Shown piece after piece: positions 15,642-25,085 of a DNA stretch of 26,775 nucleotides (position 1 is the first letter of the stretch; every line of letters starts with the position of its first letter). A model generated the notes under the pieces. The model was not told the DNA's origin, did not search any database, and worked only from the letters and a program-made list of their open reading frames with translations. The DNA is from Promethearchaeota archaeon (GTDB lineage: Archaea > Asgardarchaeota > Lokiarchaeia > Sigyniarchaeales > SOKP01). The stretch lies in contig RDOA01000050.1 of assembly GCA_011364925.1 (NCBI GenBank), forward strand, positions 1-26,775. The letters run 5' to 3'. Made by a program: the position numbers and the translations under genes.

Positions 15642-18215
15642 TTATTGATTAGAAATAATTTCAGATATTAATTTGGGAAAATCTCTCCACTGATTTAAGG
15701 TCAGAAGAACTCCATCAGCTTCCTTTACCATTTTATTTGCCATTACCGGAGAAAATCCAAACTTCGGAACCACCATTACGAATTTCACATCTTTTTCTCT
15801 CATTATTTTTAGTTCTTTTAAGCTATTATTGAAATCGAAAACATCAGCATCAGTGAATAAAACATTTAATTTATATTTGGAACGAGCTTTTTTCTCAAAT
15901 TGAAGGTTTGCCCATTTAAGCGCGTGGTTTATACATGTACCGCCTCTTGCTGTGATATCAAGTAATTCATCTACCACCTTTTCTAATTCAACTTCTTCGT
16001 CTAGATTCTTTAATTTGTGTGTGTTAGACTCAAAAAAAGTAAGCGCTAGTTCTTCTGGTTTGAATGCGTAAACCAACATAGTAGTACATAACGCCATTTG
16101 TGATAATTTATTTCCACTCATGCTTCCGCTTACATCTAATTCAAGAACCAAGCATCGAAGGCCGTCAGTCGTCTTTGAGACTAAAAAATCATCGTTCGTT
16201 ATCGTGTTTACGGTCTTCCCACCTTCTAACAAATTGCTTATAGTCTCTTCTAAATCAATTAATTCAAAATCGTCGCCTAATGTGTAAGGGATAACAATAT
16301 TTTCTACGAGAGGACCAGATTTAGCAGTTCCAATTAAAGAATTCGCAGCATTAATACCCAAATCAATCATAATCTGCTTAATTATTTCTTTCAATCTCTG
16401 TTTAATTTTAGCAGAAATATTGTGTCTTGAATAGAACCATTGTTCCAGAAGATCAAGACCACTTCCCGCACCTAGAGAAGAAAATGCCATATCAAGCGCT
16501 TCTTTCCCCATTTCTTCAGCAGATTTTAACACTTGTGCTAAATTTTTCTCACTCAACGCACTAAGTACGTCTAAATTTGGTGGTTTTTGGGGAGCGCCCC
16601 CTAATGCTAGTTTAACAACCTCGTCGATCTGTTCTGGAGTTAACCCTAGTTGATCAAGATAATCTTTATATGTTTTATAGGTTGATTGATTTTCTTTAAC
16701 TAATTGTTTGAAAGCTTTGTAGCTTTTTTCGATTAAGTTCAAGATTTCTGTCTCGGTCATCCCTAACCTTGTACCCGCGTCTTTAATCGTTTTCATGTCA
16801 GGAGTAAAACCTTTCTTATTAAAATCCTTTACCATGGTGCTTAGGGAGTCTTTAGTAGCTGCGCCTCCTACTGTTTTGTTAATTAATTCAGAGACTTTGC
16901 TTTTAAGTTGAGATTGACAGGATAGATCGCTGCAACCTTTTTTTGATTCAATTAGGTTGTCAATATAATTTTTCATTTGAGCGTCAATCATTTGGTCATC
17001 GTTGTAATCCTTGTTAATTGCTTCCACATCTTTATCAATAATATTCGATATAAGCTTCCGCCAAGCTGGAGATTTTATAGGATTGTTGATTAATTCATCT
17101 TTGATATCAGCTGAGCTTTGCCTTCTATTAAAATTTTCAAAATTTTCATTAATTTCATTTAAATATTGCTCGCTCAAGTTATCTCCGAAATATTGGTCGA
17201 AATTCTTTGCATTATTGTATGCGTCTTTAAATGGGAGTTTTAAGCTAGTATTCAGGATATTATCTAATTTTTTTTGCGCGATTTTAGGATTCATCCCTAA
17301 GATTTTCGAAGTATTAAAAATATCGTTTAAATTTTTATTAGATTTAGAGAGATTTTGTTTTAATAAATCCTTGATAAGATTTTGACCCTGTTGGTTTAGT
17401 TTATTGGATTTCAAGGCAAATTCTGCGATGTTCAATCCTTCAAAAGAATTTTCTATTAAGCGTTCCTCTAATCCTTTTTTAAAAGCATCTAAGTTCTGAT
17501 CTTTTGCTAGTTGAGACATTAACTTCTCTTTCAGAGACTCTGTTTTTGAACTAATTTCGTCTAGCATACCTAATTTTTCAGCAGCATCAATATCTTCAGG
17601 CTCTAAATGGTTTATTTTCTTTTTGAGTAATTCCCTCGCGTAATCGAGAAAAGCGTCTAAATCCTTAAATTGATTGAAGTTAGCAACGGCATTATTGTCG
17701 ATGAATTTTAATGCGGTTTTATATGGATCTTCTTCCAATTGGTCGGCAAATTTGTCAAAGAAATCGTTTAAACTCTCGTCTATTAGTTGTTCTAAATCAA
17801 GGTCTTCTAGTTCATTGAAAAAGTTATCCAATAGTTCGAAATCGTCGTATATTTCATCTAATTCACTCAAATCCAAAGTTAATTCATCAAGTAAATCTTG
17901 TGCGGTTTCGCTTCCAAACATGTCCGATTTTAGCGTATCGGAACTTACCCGGTTTTTCGTAGGATCAGAATAGGATAGCAATTCTGTAGCAATTTTGCGA
18001 GCTAAGGCTTGATTCTCAAGCGGACTTGTTACCACAGCAATTTCAACAAAGTCCGCGATCTCACATTGACCTCTATTCATAAACCTCGCTATTATGAGTT
18101 TACAAATAGCGATTGCCTGACGAATCGACGGCTTATACATGCATTTTTCGTGGTTTCGCATTGCAGTTATGAATTTGAGCGAAAACCAAACAGGACTTTG
18201 GGGGAAAATTATCAT
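15642..18215 (-). CDS. VWA domain protein (CoxE/YehP-like C-terminal VWA) with long helical/acidic N-terminal region
   Basis: MIDAS DVSGSM, GGT and FTD; IDLEETI motif before the VWA domain. Start at ATG 18215 or TTG 18224. Confidence 0.9.
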   Translation of the reverse strand: MIIFPQSPVWFSLKFITAMRNHEKCMYKPSIRQAIAICKLIIARFMNRGQCEIADFVEIAVVTSPLENQALARKIATELLSYSDPTKNRVSSDTLKSDMFGSETAQDLLDELTLDLSELDEIYDDFELLDNFFNELEDLDLEQLIDESLNDFFDKFADQLEEDPYKTALKFIDNNAVANFNQFKDLDAFLDYARELLKKKINHLEPEDIDAAEKLGMLDEISSKTESLKEKLMSQLAKDQNLDAFKKGLEERLIENSFEGLNIAEFALKSNKLNQQGQNLIKDLLKQNLSKSNKNLNDIFNTSKILGMNPKIAQKKLDNILNTSLKLPFKDAYNNAKNFDQYFGDNLSEQYLNEINENFENFNRRQSSADIKDELINNPIKSPAWRKLISNIIDKDVEAINKDYNDDQMIDAQMKNYIDNLIESKKGCSDLSCQSQLKSKVSELINKTVGGAATKDSLSTMVKDFNKKGFTPDMKTIKDAGTRLGMTETEILNLIEKSYKAFKQLVKENQSTYKTYKDYLDQLGLTPEQIDEVVKLALGGAPQKPPNLDVLSALSEKNLAQVLKSAEEMGKEALDMAFSSLGAGSGLDLLEQWFYSRHNISAKIKQRLKEIIKQIMIDLGINAANSLIGTAKSGPLVENIVIPYTLGDDFELIDLEETISNLLEGGKTVNTITNDDFLVSKTTDGLRCLVLELDVSGSMSGNKLSQMALCTTMLVYAFKPEELALTFFESNTHKLKNLDEEVELEKVVDELLDITARGGTCINHALKWANLQFEKKARSKYKLNVLFTDADVFDFNNSLKELKIMREKDVKFVMVVPKFGFSPVMANKMVKEADGVLLTLNQWRDFPKLISEIISNQ

Positions 18216-18248
18216 TCGAATCAATACCTAATAATAATTATTTCAGAA

Positions 18249-19394
18249 TTATATAGAGCCTAATACTTGAGCAATGATGTTGTTGATAACATCTTTAGTC
18301 TTTACTCCAGGTTTCGTCTGTATTGCTCCGTATAGTACATTACTTGCAAGATTTCGAAGTATTTTATTTGGTTCCTCTGATGCATTTCTCTTTTGGGCGA
18401 CTCCAGTTAATCTTGCTAATGCAATTCCACTTCGCAAACTTGCAGGAGTTTGTATTTGATGATGGGTTCGTGTTCTGTTGATAATCAAATAGATTTTTTC
18501 TAAGATACTTTCTTCCACTTTATAGTAGGGATTGTTATGTTCGATGATCTTCATTTCAGTTTTTTTATCGGGGTAATCTAGCTCAATCCAGACATTAAAT
18601 CGATCTTTTAAAGCTTCGCCAAGTCGGTGCGTTCCAACTAACTCAGAAGGATTCATAGCTCCAATAAAGAAAAACCCTGAGGATGCTTTTACACGTCCTA
18701 TATGTGGAACAGATAATGTTCTTTCTTCTAATGGTTCCAAAAGTGAATTTTGCGTGTATTCAGTTGCGCGATTCACTTCGTTTGCTAAAAATAAGCCACC
18801 ATTAAGCATCGCTTTAATTAGTGGTCCAGAATTGAACGCTTCAAACGAGAACCCCTTCTGAATTGTAGTAGCAGGATTAAATGATCCGATCAAATGAGCT
18901 GGTTTTGTAGATTCATCGAAAGTGATCCACTCAAATGAGTCATTTCCCGTGATTTCCGCCCGTGACTGAGCGTAATACCTGCATAATGTGGTTTTACCTA
19001 TTCCTGGAGGGCCTACCAAAATTGGATACAAGTTAGATGCATCAGCTTCAAACATTAGGTCAAGTGCTCTTTCGTATTGTCCGGTTAAAACGATCTCTAA
19101 TCTTTCTTCCTTTTGCGAGAGTAAATTCTGTTCAAATAACTCTTTGAGAGAGTTTGGTTTTTGATTTGCTTTACTTTCTCTTTTTTGTTGAATATAAGGA
19201 GAAGTTTTTAATATCGAAAGATTATCTAATACTTTCTCTTTCGGCTTTTGGAGCGTTGGTTTCTGAGGAGTGGTTTTTTTAGGTGGTGCTTGTTCCGTCT
19301 GGGGTTTGGTAGACGTGGTTGTTGGTGGCGTTGTTTTCGTTTCTTTTTGAGCTTTATTTTGCTGATTATTTTTAGATATAGGTTTCTTTGCCAT
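18249..19394 (-). CDS. MoxR-family AAA+ ATPase (AAA_5 / CbbQ-NirQ-NorQ-like)
   Basis: GPPGIGKT, variant Walker B FLANEVNRA, QNSLLEPLEE, AMNP, ALKDRF and LDYP. Confidence 0.93.
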   Translation of the reverse strand: MAKKPISKNNQQNKAQKETKTTPPTTTSTKPQTEQAPPKKTTPQKPTLQKPKEKVLDNLSILKTSPYIQQKRESKANQKPNSLKELFEQNLLSQKEERLEIVLTGQYERALDLMFEADASNLYPILVGPPGIGKTTLCRYYAQSRAEITGNDSFEWITFDESTKPAHLIGSFNPATTIQKGFSFEAFNSGPLIKAMLNGGLFLANEVNRATEYTQNSLLEPLEERTLSVPHIGRVKASSGFFFIGAMNPSELVGTHRLGEALKDRFNVWIELDYPDKKTEMKIIEHNNPYYKVEESILEKIYLIINRTRTHHQIQTPASLRSGIALARLTGVAQKRNASEEPNKILRNLASNVLYGAIQTKPGVKTKDVINNIIAQVLGSI

Positions 19395-19525
19395 GATAAA
19401 AAACCTTTACAGATAGATTTTTGCTTTTTGAGATTTTATGTAAAAATAAAATTTCACTTAATGATTATTTTTGAAAAATTTATTTAAACCCAGACTAAAG
19501 AAAAAGTAAATTGTCGATATTTTCA

Positions 19526-20572
19526 TTATGGGTATAGAGCGATAGGATATCCACAGAAAGAGCAATTACCGTTTAAATCTAGACTACTTCTAGTCACTCC
19601 ATACATAGGTCTTTCTATCACTAAAGCAGAGCACTTAGGACAATAAGTATTTTCATAAGTTGAATGAGCTAGATTTCCTAAGTATACAAATTCTAATCCT
19701 ACTGATTTTGCAATGTTATAAGCGTTTTCTAGAGATTTTATTGGTGTGGGTTTAGTAATACCATATACATGAGATTTATAATGAGGAAAAAAACGAGATA
19801 TATGAAACGGAGTGTATTTTCCCAGATCACTTACGATTCTTTCCGAGATTGATCGAATCACTAAATCATCTGTGTTCAAACTTTCGATAAGGAGCGTTGT
19901 CAATTCGACATGAATGCCTAAATCAACCGCAATCTTTGCCGCGTTCCATATGTTTTCTATATCTGCTTTACAATATTTTTTAACCATCTTTTTTCCACCC
20001 TTAATATCAATATTTATTGCATCTAATCCACTTTTTACTAATTCTCTTAACACCTCCTCAGTCATGTATCCGTTAGTGACAAAAGTATTGTATAATCTCT
20101 CTTTTTTTGCTAATTTAAACAGATCTAAAGAGTATTCGAACAAAAGAGTAGGTTCATTAAACGATACTGAAGTTCCTTGACAATGATTAGAAATCCCAAG
20201 CTCTACAATCTTTTCTGGTGAGATGTATTCTTTTGAATTCTTAACTAACTCAAAAATGCTGGTGGAAGGGTGCGATATATGGTGATTTTGACACCAGAAG
20301 CAACTATAATTGCATCCGTATGTCCCTATCGTTATTGCCACACTTCCAGGGTAAAAATGATAAAGCGGTTTCTTTTCAATGGGATTGAAAGATAAAGCAG
20401 GGATTAAACCATAGACAATGGTATAGATTTCACCATCTTTATTAATTCTCGTTTGACAAAATCCTGCTTTACCGGTGGCAATTTTACATCTTCTCTCACA
20501 AGTTAGACATTGAGTATAATTCTCGTCTATTTTTCTTTGACAATTAGCTTTTCTTAAAAATTTTGAATTCAT
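19526..20572 (-). CDS. amrS: AmmeMemoRadiSam system radical SAM enzyme
   Basis: N-terminal CxxCxxxC...C, PIEKKPLYHFYPG, GCNYSCFWCQNHHIS, FNEPT, TNGY, and C-terminal CPKC...CSFCG. Confidence 0.88.
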   Translation of the reverse strand: MNSKFLRKANCQRKIDENYTQCLTCERRCKIATGKAGFCQTRINKDGEIYTIVYGLIPALSFNPIEKKPLYHFYPGSVAITIGTYGCNYSCFWCQNHHISHPSTSIFELVKNSKEYISPEKIVELGISNHCQGTSVSFNEPTLLFEYSLDLFKLAKKERLYNTFVTNGYMTEEVLRELVKSGLDAINIDIKGGKKMVKKYCKADIENIWNAAKIAVDLGIHVELTTLLIESLNTDDLVIRSISERIVSDLGKYTPFHISRFFPHYKSHVYGITKPTPIKSLENAYNIAKSVGLEFVYLGNLAHSTYENTYCPKCSALVIERPMYGVTRSSLDLNGNCSFCGYPIALYP

Positions 20573-20584
20573 ACAATGTCAATG

Positions 20585-21157
20585 TTAGATTCTCGAGATG
20601 TCTTTTATGATTTTGCTATCTTGAATTATTCCATAATCTAGAAAAGAGTTTGATAAAAATCTTTTAAATATTTTGTCAAATTGCTCTAGAATACTCGCAA
20701 AATAGAGATTTATTACTCCACCGTGCGCAACTATCAAAATCTTCTTGTTCGTGTATTTAGAATCGATGTCAAGAATTGTGTTTGAAAACCTCTCAAGAGC
20801 GTGATTAGCAGTTTCCCAACTATTGAATGATTTAGTTCTATTTTCAACACAAAGTTTCATAGTATCGAGGTATTCGTCCTTTGTTTTAAAGTATTTTCCC
20901 TGATCTCTGGAAATCTCGTTTAGATTTTCATCCTTTACTATCTTTTTATGAAGCTTTTCTGATAAAGGATATGCTGTTTGAAATGCCTTTTCTTCTCCTG
21001 ATGTTATAATAATATCGACATTTTGGAAAAAATCTAAGTCGAACAAGTCCATCGCTTTCTTTTGACCTCTTTCTGTTAAACTCCATTTCGATATTACTAC
21101 TTTTTCCTCAACTTTGACCTCAGCGTGTCTCAAAAGAATTAAAGTATTATTCGGCAT
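20585..21157 (-). CDS. Histidine phosphatase (phosphoglycerate mutase) family protein
   Basis: LLRHA, LT.RG, AFQTA, LNE and VAHGG. Confidence 0.88.
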   Translation of the reverse strand: MPNNTLILLRHAEVKVEEKVVISKWSLTERGQKKAMDLFDLDFFQNVDIIITSGEEKAFQTAYPLSEKLHKKIVKDENLNEISRDQGKYFKTKDEYLDTMKLCVENRTKSFNSWETANHALERFSNTILDIDSKYTNKKILIVAHGGVINLYFASILEQFDKIFKRFLSNSFLDYGIIQDSKIIKDISRI

Positions 21158-21191
21158 GAAATCCTCAAGTTATTCAATACAATAATTCGCA

Positions 21192-21461
21192 TTAAACTTC
21201 AGTTGAATGGAAAACATCTGGAGGATTTAACTCCCAATCCTCAAAGGGATCGTCTTTTACTGCTTCAATCATTGCTGGTCGAGCAGCAAGCCAATCTTCT
21301 TTTGAATTCCAAATTGCTAAACCTATTAATCGATCTGAATCTTCTTCTTTTGTTGTATGGGCCATAATTAAACCATTTTTGCCTTCCATAGCTTTACCAA
21401 ATCGATGCATAGACTCGATCAACAACTTTTCTTTACCGGGTTTAGGATAATGAATAGACAT
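21192..21461 (-). CDS. Antibiotic biosynthesis monooxygenase (ABM, dimeric alpha-beta barrel) domain protein
   Basis: KPGKE...G......W.SKE.W pattern, about 90 aa. May start 4 codons earlier at ATC 21473. Confidence 0.75.
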   Translation of the reverse strand: MSIHYPKPGKEKLLIESMHRFGKAMEGKNGLIMAHTTKEEDSDRLIGLAIWNSKEDWLAARPAMIEAVKDDPFEDWELNPPDVFHSTEV

Positions 21462-21529
21462 ATGAAAATAGATGTTAATTCACCTTCTTTTTATTCTTAT
21501 AATTTGTTTTTATTCATTTTTATTAAACT

Positions 21530-22786
21530 TTATTCAGATTCTTTTGCAAATAATAAAGGGATGAGTGTTAATAAAATCATAAAAGCAGAAACGATAAAGA
21601 TTATTGGTGTGGGTATATAACCTGGTTGACCATTAATCATTGCATATATTCCAAATTCTTGAGATAGCCAACCTCCAATAAGTGGTCCCGGTACCATAGG
21701 GACTAATACGGTGAAAAGAATAAAATATCCACTAAATTGACCATGCTTATCTTTTGGATATAAATCCTTTGTCCACGTATTTGCTGAAATTGTGAAGGTT
21801 GTCATACAAGAAATCCATACGGTGCCAGTAATTAAGATAAATACTAATTCACTAGTCATGGCAAAAAGAATAAGAAAGATGCATTCAAATATTACAGAGG
21901 ACATCGCGATCTTTTTGCGCCCAACTTTATCAACTAACATCCCCATAGGATAAGCAAGAATCATTGCAAATGTAAATAAGATTAGAATCAGAACGGAGGA
22001 GATTAATATGTCTAGATTGAGATAATACTCCATATATATTAAAACAAAAGGGAAAAATATATTAAACGCTAAACCCCAAAACGCTGCTCCCGAGAGAACT
22101 AAAAAGAAATCCTTATTTGTTTTGAGACTTTCTCTGTTGAATGTACTTTTTAAATGGCGATAAATAGATGAGTCTAATGGCTTTAGGTTCTTAGAATCTT
22201 CCGCTAATAAAGCCCCAATTAATCCAACTATACCTACAAGAAGACCAACAGCAAAAAAGTAGATGTAATAATCCCATTGTTCTATTACGATTCCTGAAAT
22301 TCCATAAACTATTAAAATAGAAAGTAAAGACATAATTTGAACGAGACTTAATAGCTTTCCTCTATTTTTGACATTTGTAATATCTCTTAAATAAGCGTTA
22401 AAAGCAGCATCGTAAGCTGTAGAACCGAAAAAAGTCATCAAGCAATCGAAGAGAATAGCAACTGCAACTGCTAATATAACATTGAAAGGTGCGATAAAAC
22501 CAGATAAAGAAAACAAAGCCGTTGTTATAGCCCAGAAAATAAAACCAATTATAAAAAACAGTTTTCTAGCTCCCTTGATATCACTGTAGGCTCCCATAAT
22601 TATGCTTGTAATCGTTGCCGTTATAGCACTTGCTGCTACCATAAACGATATATAAATAGGAATAGGTGTTATTTTATTGTACATAAAGATGTTAAAATAT
22701 TGATTTTCTATGCCCCAAGCGAGTTGACCCGCAAGCGTAATCAATATAACACTAGTTTTAATCTTTCTTGGTATCTTTTCTGACAT
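21530..22786 (-). CDS. MFS transporter (sugar/GPH-like)
   Basis: About 12 TM segments, GAYSD..G.RK and GMLVDKVGRKK loops, QLAWGIEN N-terminal motif. Confidence 0.9.
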   Translation of the reverse strand: MSEKIPRKIKTSVILITLAGQLAWGIENQYFNIFMYNKITPIPIYISFMVAASAITATITSIIMGAYSDIKGARKLFFIIGFIFWAITTALFSLSGFIAPFNVILAVAVAILFDCLMTFFGSTAYDAAFNAYLRDITNVKNRGKLLSLVQIMSLLSILIVYGISGIVIEQWDYYIYFFAVGLLVGIVGLIGALLAEDSKNLKPLDSSIYRHLKSTFNRESLKTNKDFFLVLSGAAFWGLAFNIFFPFVLIYMEYYLNLDILISSVLILILFTFAMILAYPMGMLVDKVGRKKIAMSSVIFECIFLILFAMTSELVFILITGTVWISCMTTFTISANTWTKDLYPKDKHGQFSGYFILFTVLVPMVPGPLIGGWLSQEFGIYAMINGQPGYIPTPIIFIVSAFMILLTLIPLLFAKESE

Positions 22787-22804
22787 AGTTGATACAAATT
22801 TATT

Positions 22805-24163
22805 TTATCTAGATTTCATAAATGGCATTATCATTTGAAAGAGTTTAGAGTAAACTATTCTAATTAGTTTAAGGTTGAATAGATATCTTATTATTTTCAG
22901 AATTGGGTGCTTTCTTGGTTGATATGTGCTTAAACTTTCATCGTAGGATAAGTGTTTGATATAAAAATTCTTTTTAAAGGTTGATAGAAGTAATGAATAG
23001 GTTATGATTGCAATGATATCCCATGCTCGTTTAATATGATCTTTAGGATAATTCAACTTTTCCCCCATTGCCATCCTAACAATTTCTACAATATGGAATA
23101 AATCTACTTTACTCTTAATCAACTCCTTTGTAGCCCACATTAGATAAAGACACCCACTGCAATAAGAAACAAGTGCCATTGCTCCTGTTTCCTCAGCCTC
23201 CTTAAACTTTTTCACACCTTCTGAGATCATATCAAAAGGTAATGATATATTTTTGACCCAGGATGCTCCTGCTCCAAATCCACAACATAGGGCATCCTGT
23301 TTAATATGTTTCATTTCAAGAATTGAGCATCCGCATTTTTCTAATATTCTTCTTGGATTCTCCCAATAGACGTTACCGTTCGCTTTAGAATAGCAATTAT
23401 CGTGAACTGTTACTGTTAATTCAAGTTTATTTGGTAAATGAATTTCTCCAGAATTGATATTGTCCAAAAGCCACTGATGAAAATTAATAAAATTCTGGTC
23501 ATGTTTCACACCCATTTCTTTTGGGTGGACATCGTTAAAAAGGTAATGTAAAGCATCTAAAGAAACTACAACATTTTGCGAACCCCACTCATCAAAATCT
23601 AATTTGGTTCTTTCAGCAATCCTCTGCACTACATCCAAGTATCCTCCTTGATAAAGATACGCACCACCTTCCCACTGATCTATGCGATCTATAGGCTTGA
23701 AGTATTCAAGTAATCTACTCCCTCCAATAATAAATGGTAATAAATGAGTATAGCTACCAATTAGGAATAAGGTGTCTTCGCTTTTAGGTGTGTAATACAT
23801 CCATTTGTAAATCCATCTTCTCTCTTGATTTGATAAAAATAGATTTAGTAATTGCCAAATGTTTCCATTTTCGGTAGGACAAACAAAATAATAAAGTGGA
23901 GGTGCGCCTCTTTTTTTATAGATGTCATTCCATCGTTCAAGTATTAATTGATATGGTTTTGCGTTTTGGGGACAGTAAAGATTACAAGATAGACAAGTAT
24001 TGCATTTACTAAGGACATACTTGGATTCTAAGCCCTTTATTAACCTTTGAATTTCTGCTTTTGATTCATCTAAAGGAAGTTCCAAGACAGGACACATGTG
24101 AAAACAAAGACCACACAAGTCACATAAATCCTCCTTAAATGTTATAGTTCTCTTGTTTCTCAT
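22805..24163 (-). CDS. Fe-S oxidoreductase, HdrD/GlpC-like (4Fe-4S dicluster + CCG domain)
   Basis: CDLCGLCFHMCP, CNTCLSCNLYCP, HDNC, CCGFGAG and YCSGC. Confidence 0.88.
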   Translation of the reverse strand: MRNKRTITFKEDLCDLCGLCFHMCPVLELPLDESKAEIQRLIKGLESKYVLSKCNTCLSCNLYCPQNAKPYQLILERWNDIYKKRGAPPLYYFVCPTENGNIWQLLNLFLSNQERRWIYKWMYYTPKSEDTLFLIGSYTHLLPFIIGGSRLLEYFKPIDRIDQWEGGAYLYQGGYLDVVQRIAERTKLDFDEWGSQNVVVSLDALHYLFNDVHPKEMGVKHDQNFINFHQWLLDNINSGEIHLPNKLELTVTVHDNCYSKANGNVYWENPRRILEKCGCSILEMKHIKQDALCCGFGAGASWVKNISLPFDMISEGVKKFKEAEETGAMALVSYCSGCLYLMWATKELIKSKVDLFHIVEIVRMAMGEKLNYPKDHIKRAWDIIAIITYSLLLSTFKKNFYIKHLSYDESLSTYQPRKHPILKIIRYLFNLKLIRIVYSKLFQMIMPFMKSR

Positions 24164-24202
24164 ACTTTCACATCGCCATGGATTTTCAACTTTAAAAGAA
24201 TT

Positions 24203-25018
24203 CTATGAAGCTAATATCAAAACAACAATATAAACAAGTATTAGATTCCCTAGTATTATCCCTACATCTTTTAATGTTGTTCTCCCTAACAAGTCTGTTC
24301 GAGGTTTCCTAAAAATATATAAAATTCCAAAGGGAAAGAAAATAATTGGGAGAAATATAATATTTTGGGTGAACAATAAAGCCAAAACAATAATTATTAT
24401 TGATATACATGACGCAATCCAAATAACTAATTGTGACATTTTGGGGGATAACCTAGACAGCGAATCGCCGTCAATTAACTCGTGTAACATCTGTCCAGTG
24501 TATCCAACTGAAGCTATAGAAAGGAGTATAAATAACTCTGGTAATGATAATTTAGGAAAATAGAACAGAGCTATATCTCCAGCATTAATCTTTATCATAA
24601 ACCAAGGTAGCACGATATGCGAGATTCCTAAAATGATATGGTTAATTATTACAAGCGACTTAAAGAGACAATAAATAATCACTAAGATTACAATTACTAG
24701 AAGGTAAACTCCTAAAATCAGATTAATCAAAATACTATTCATAAAACAAAGACTTCCCATTAAAAAGCACGCTATCGATATTGTCATTATTTCTTTACGA
24801 CTATATCCTTGCACTCTTTTAAGTGTTTCTTTTTCTTCTGGATTCTTCATATCTATAACATCATTGAGAGTATTCCCCGTAATTGCGTAAAAGGAAAACC
24901 CGGCTAAAATCCAAATATTATCTATAATTCTATAATGGTTTAGATAAATACTGAGTAGACATGGTACAAGCACACTAAAAAGGTATTCAATTCTCAATAA
25001 CCTAAATCCACTACTCAT
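24203..25018 (-). CDS. UbiA-family prenyltransferase (divergent)
   Basis: Multi-TM protein with first Asp-rich motif NTLNDVIDM and second motif HELIDGD. ATG at 25018 follows GTGA (the track starts at GTG 25030). Confidence 0.75.
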   Translation of the reverse strand: MSSGFRLLRIEYLFSVLVPCLLSIYLNHYRIIDNIWILAGFSFYAITGNTLNDVIDMKNPEEKETLKRVQGYSRKEIMTISIACFLMGSLCFMNSILINLILGVYLLVIVILVIIYCLFKSLVIINHIILGISHIVLPWFMIKINAGDIALFYFPKLSLPELFILLSIASVGYTGQMLHELIDGDSLSRLSPKMSQLVIWIASCISIIIIVLALLFTQNIIFLPIIFFPFGILYIFRKPRTDLLGRTTLKDVGIILGNLILVYIVVLILAS

Positions 25019-25085
25019 TAAAAAAATCACTTAAGATCTAATATAATGAAGTAAATTGAATAAAGTAAAAAAATTTAGGATTTTA

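Noticed and set aside
19230-19394. Pro/Thr/Lys/Gln-rich N-terminus of MoxR as a repeat element
   Set aside because: Low-complexity disordered tail with no discrete nucleotide repeat unit.
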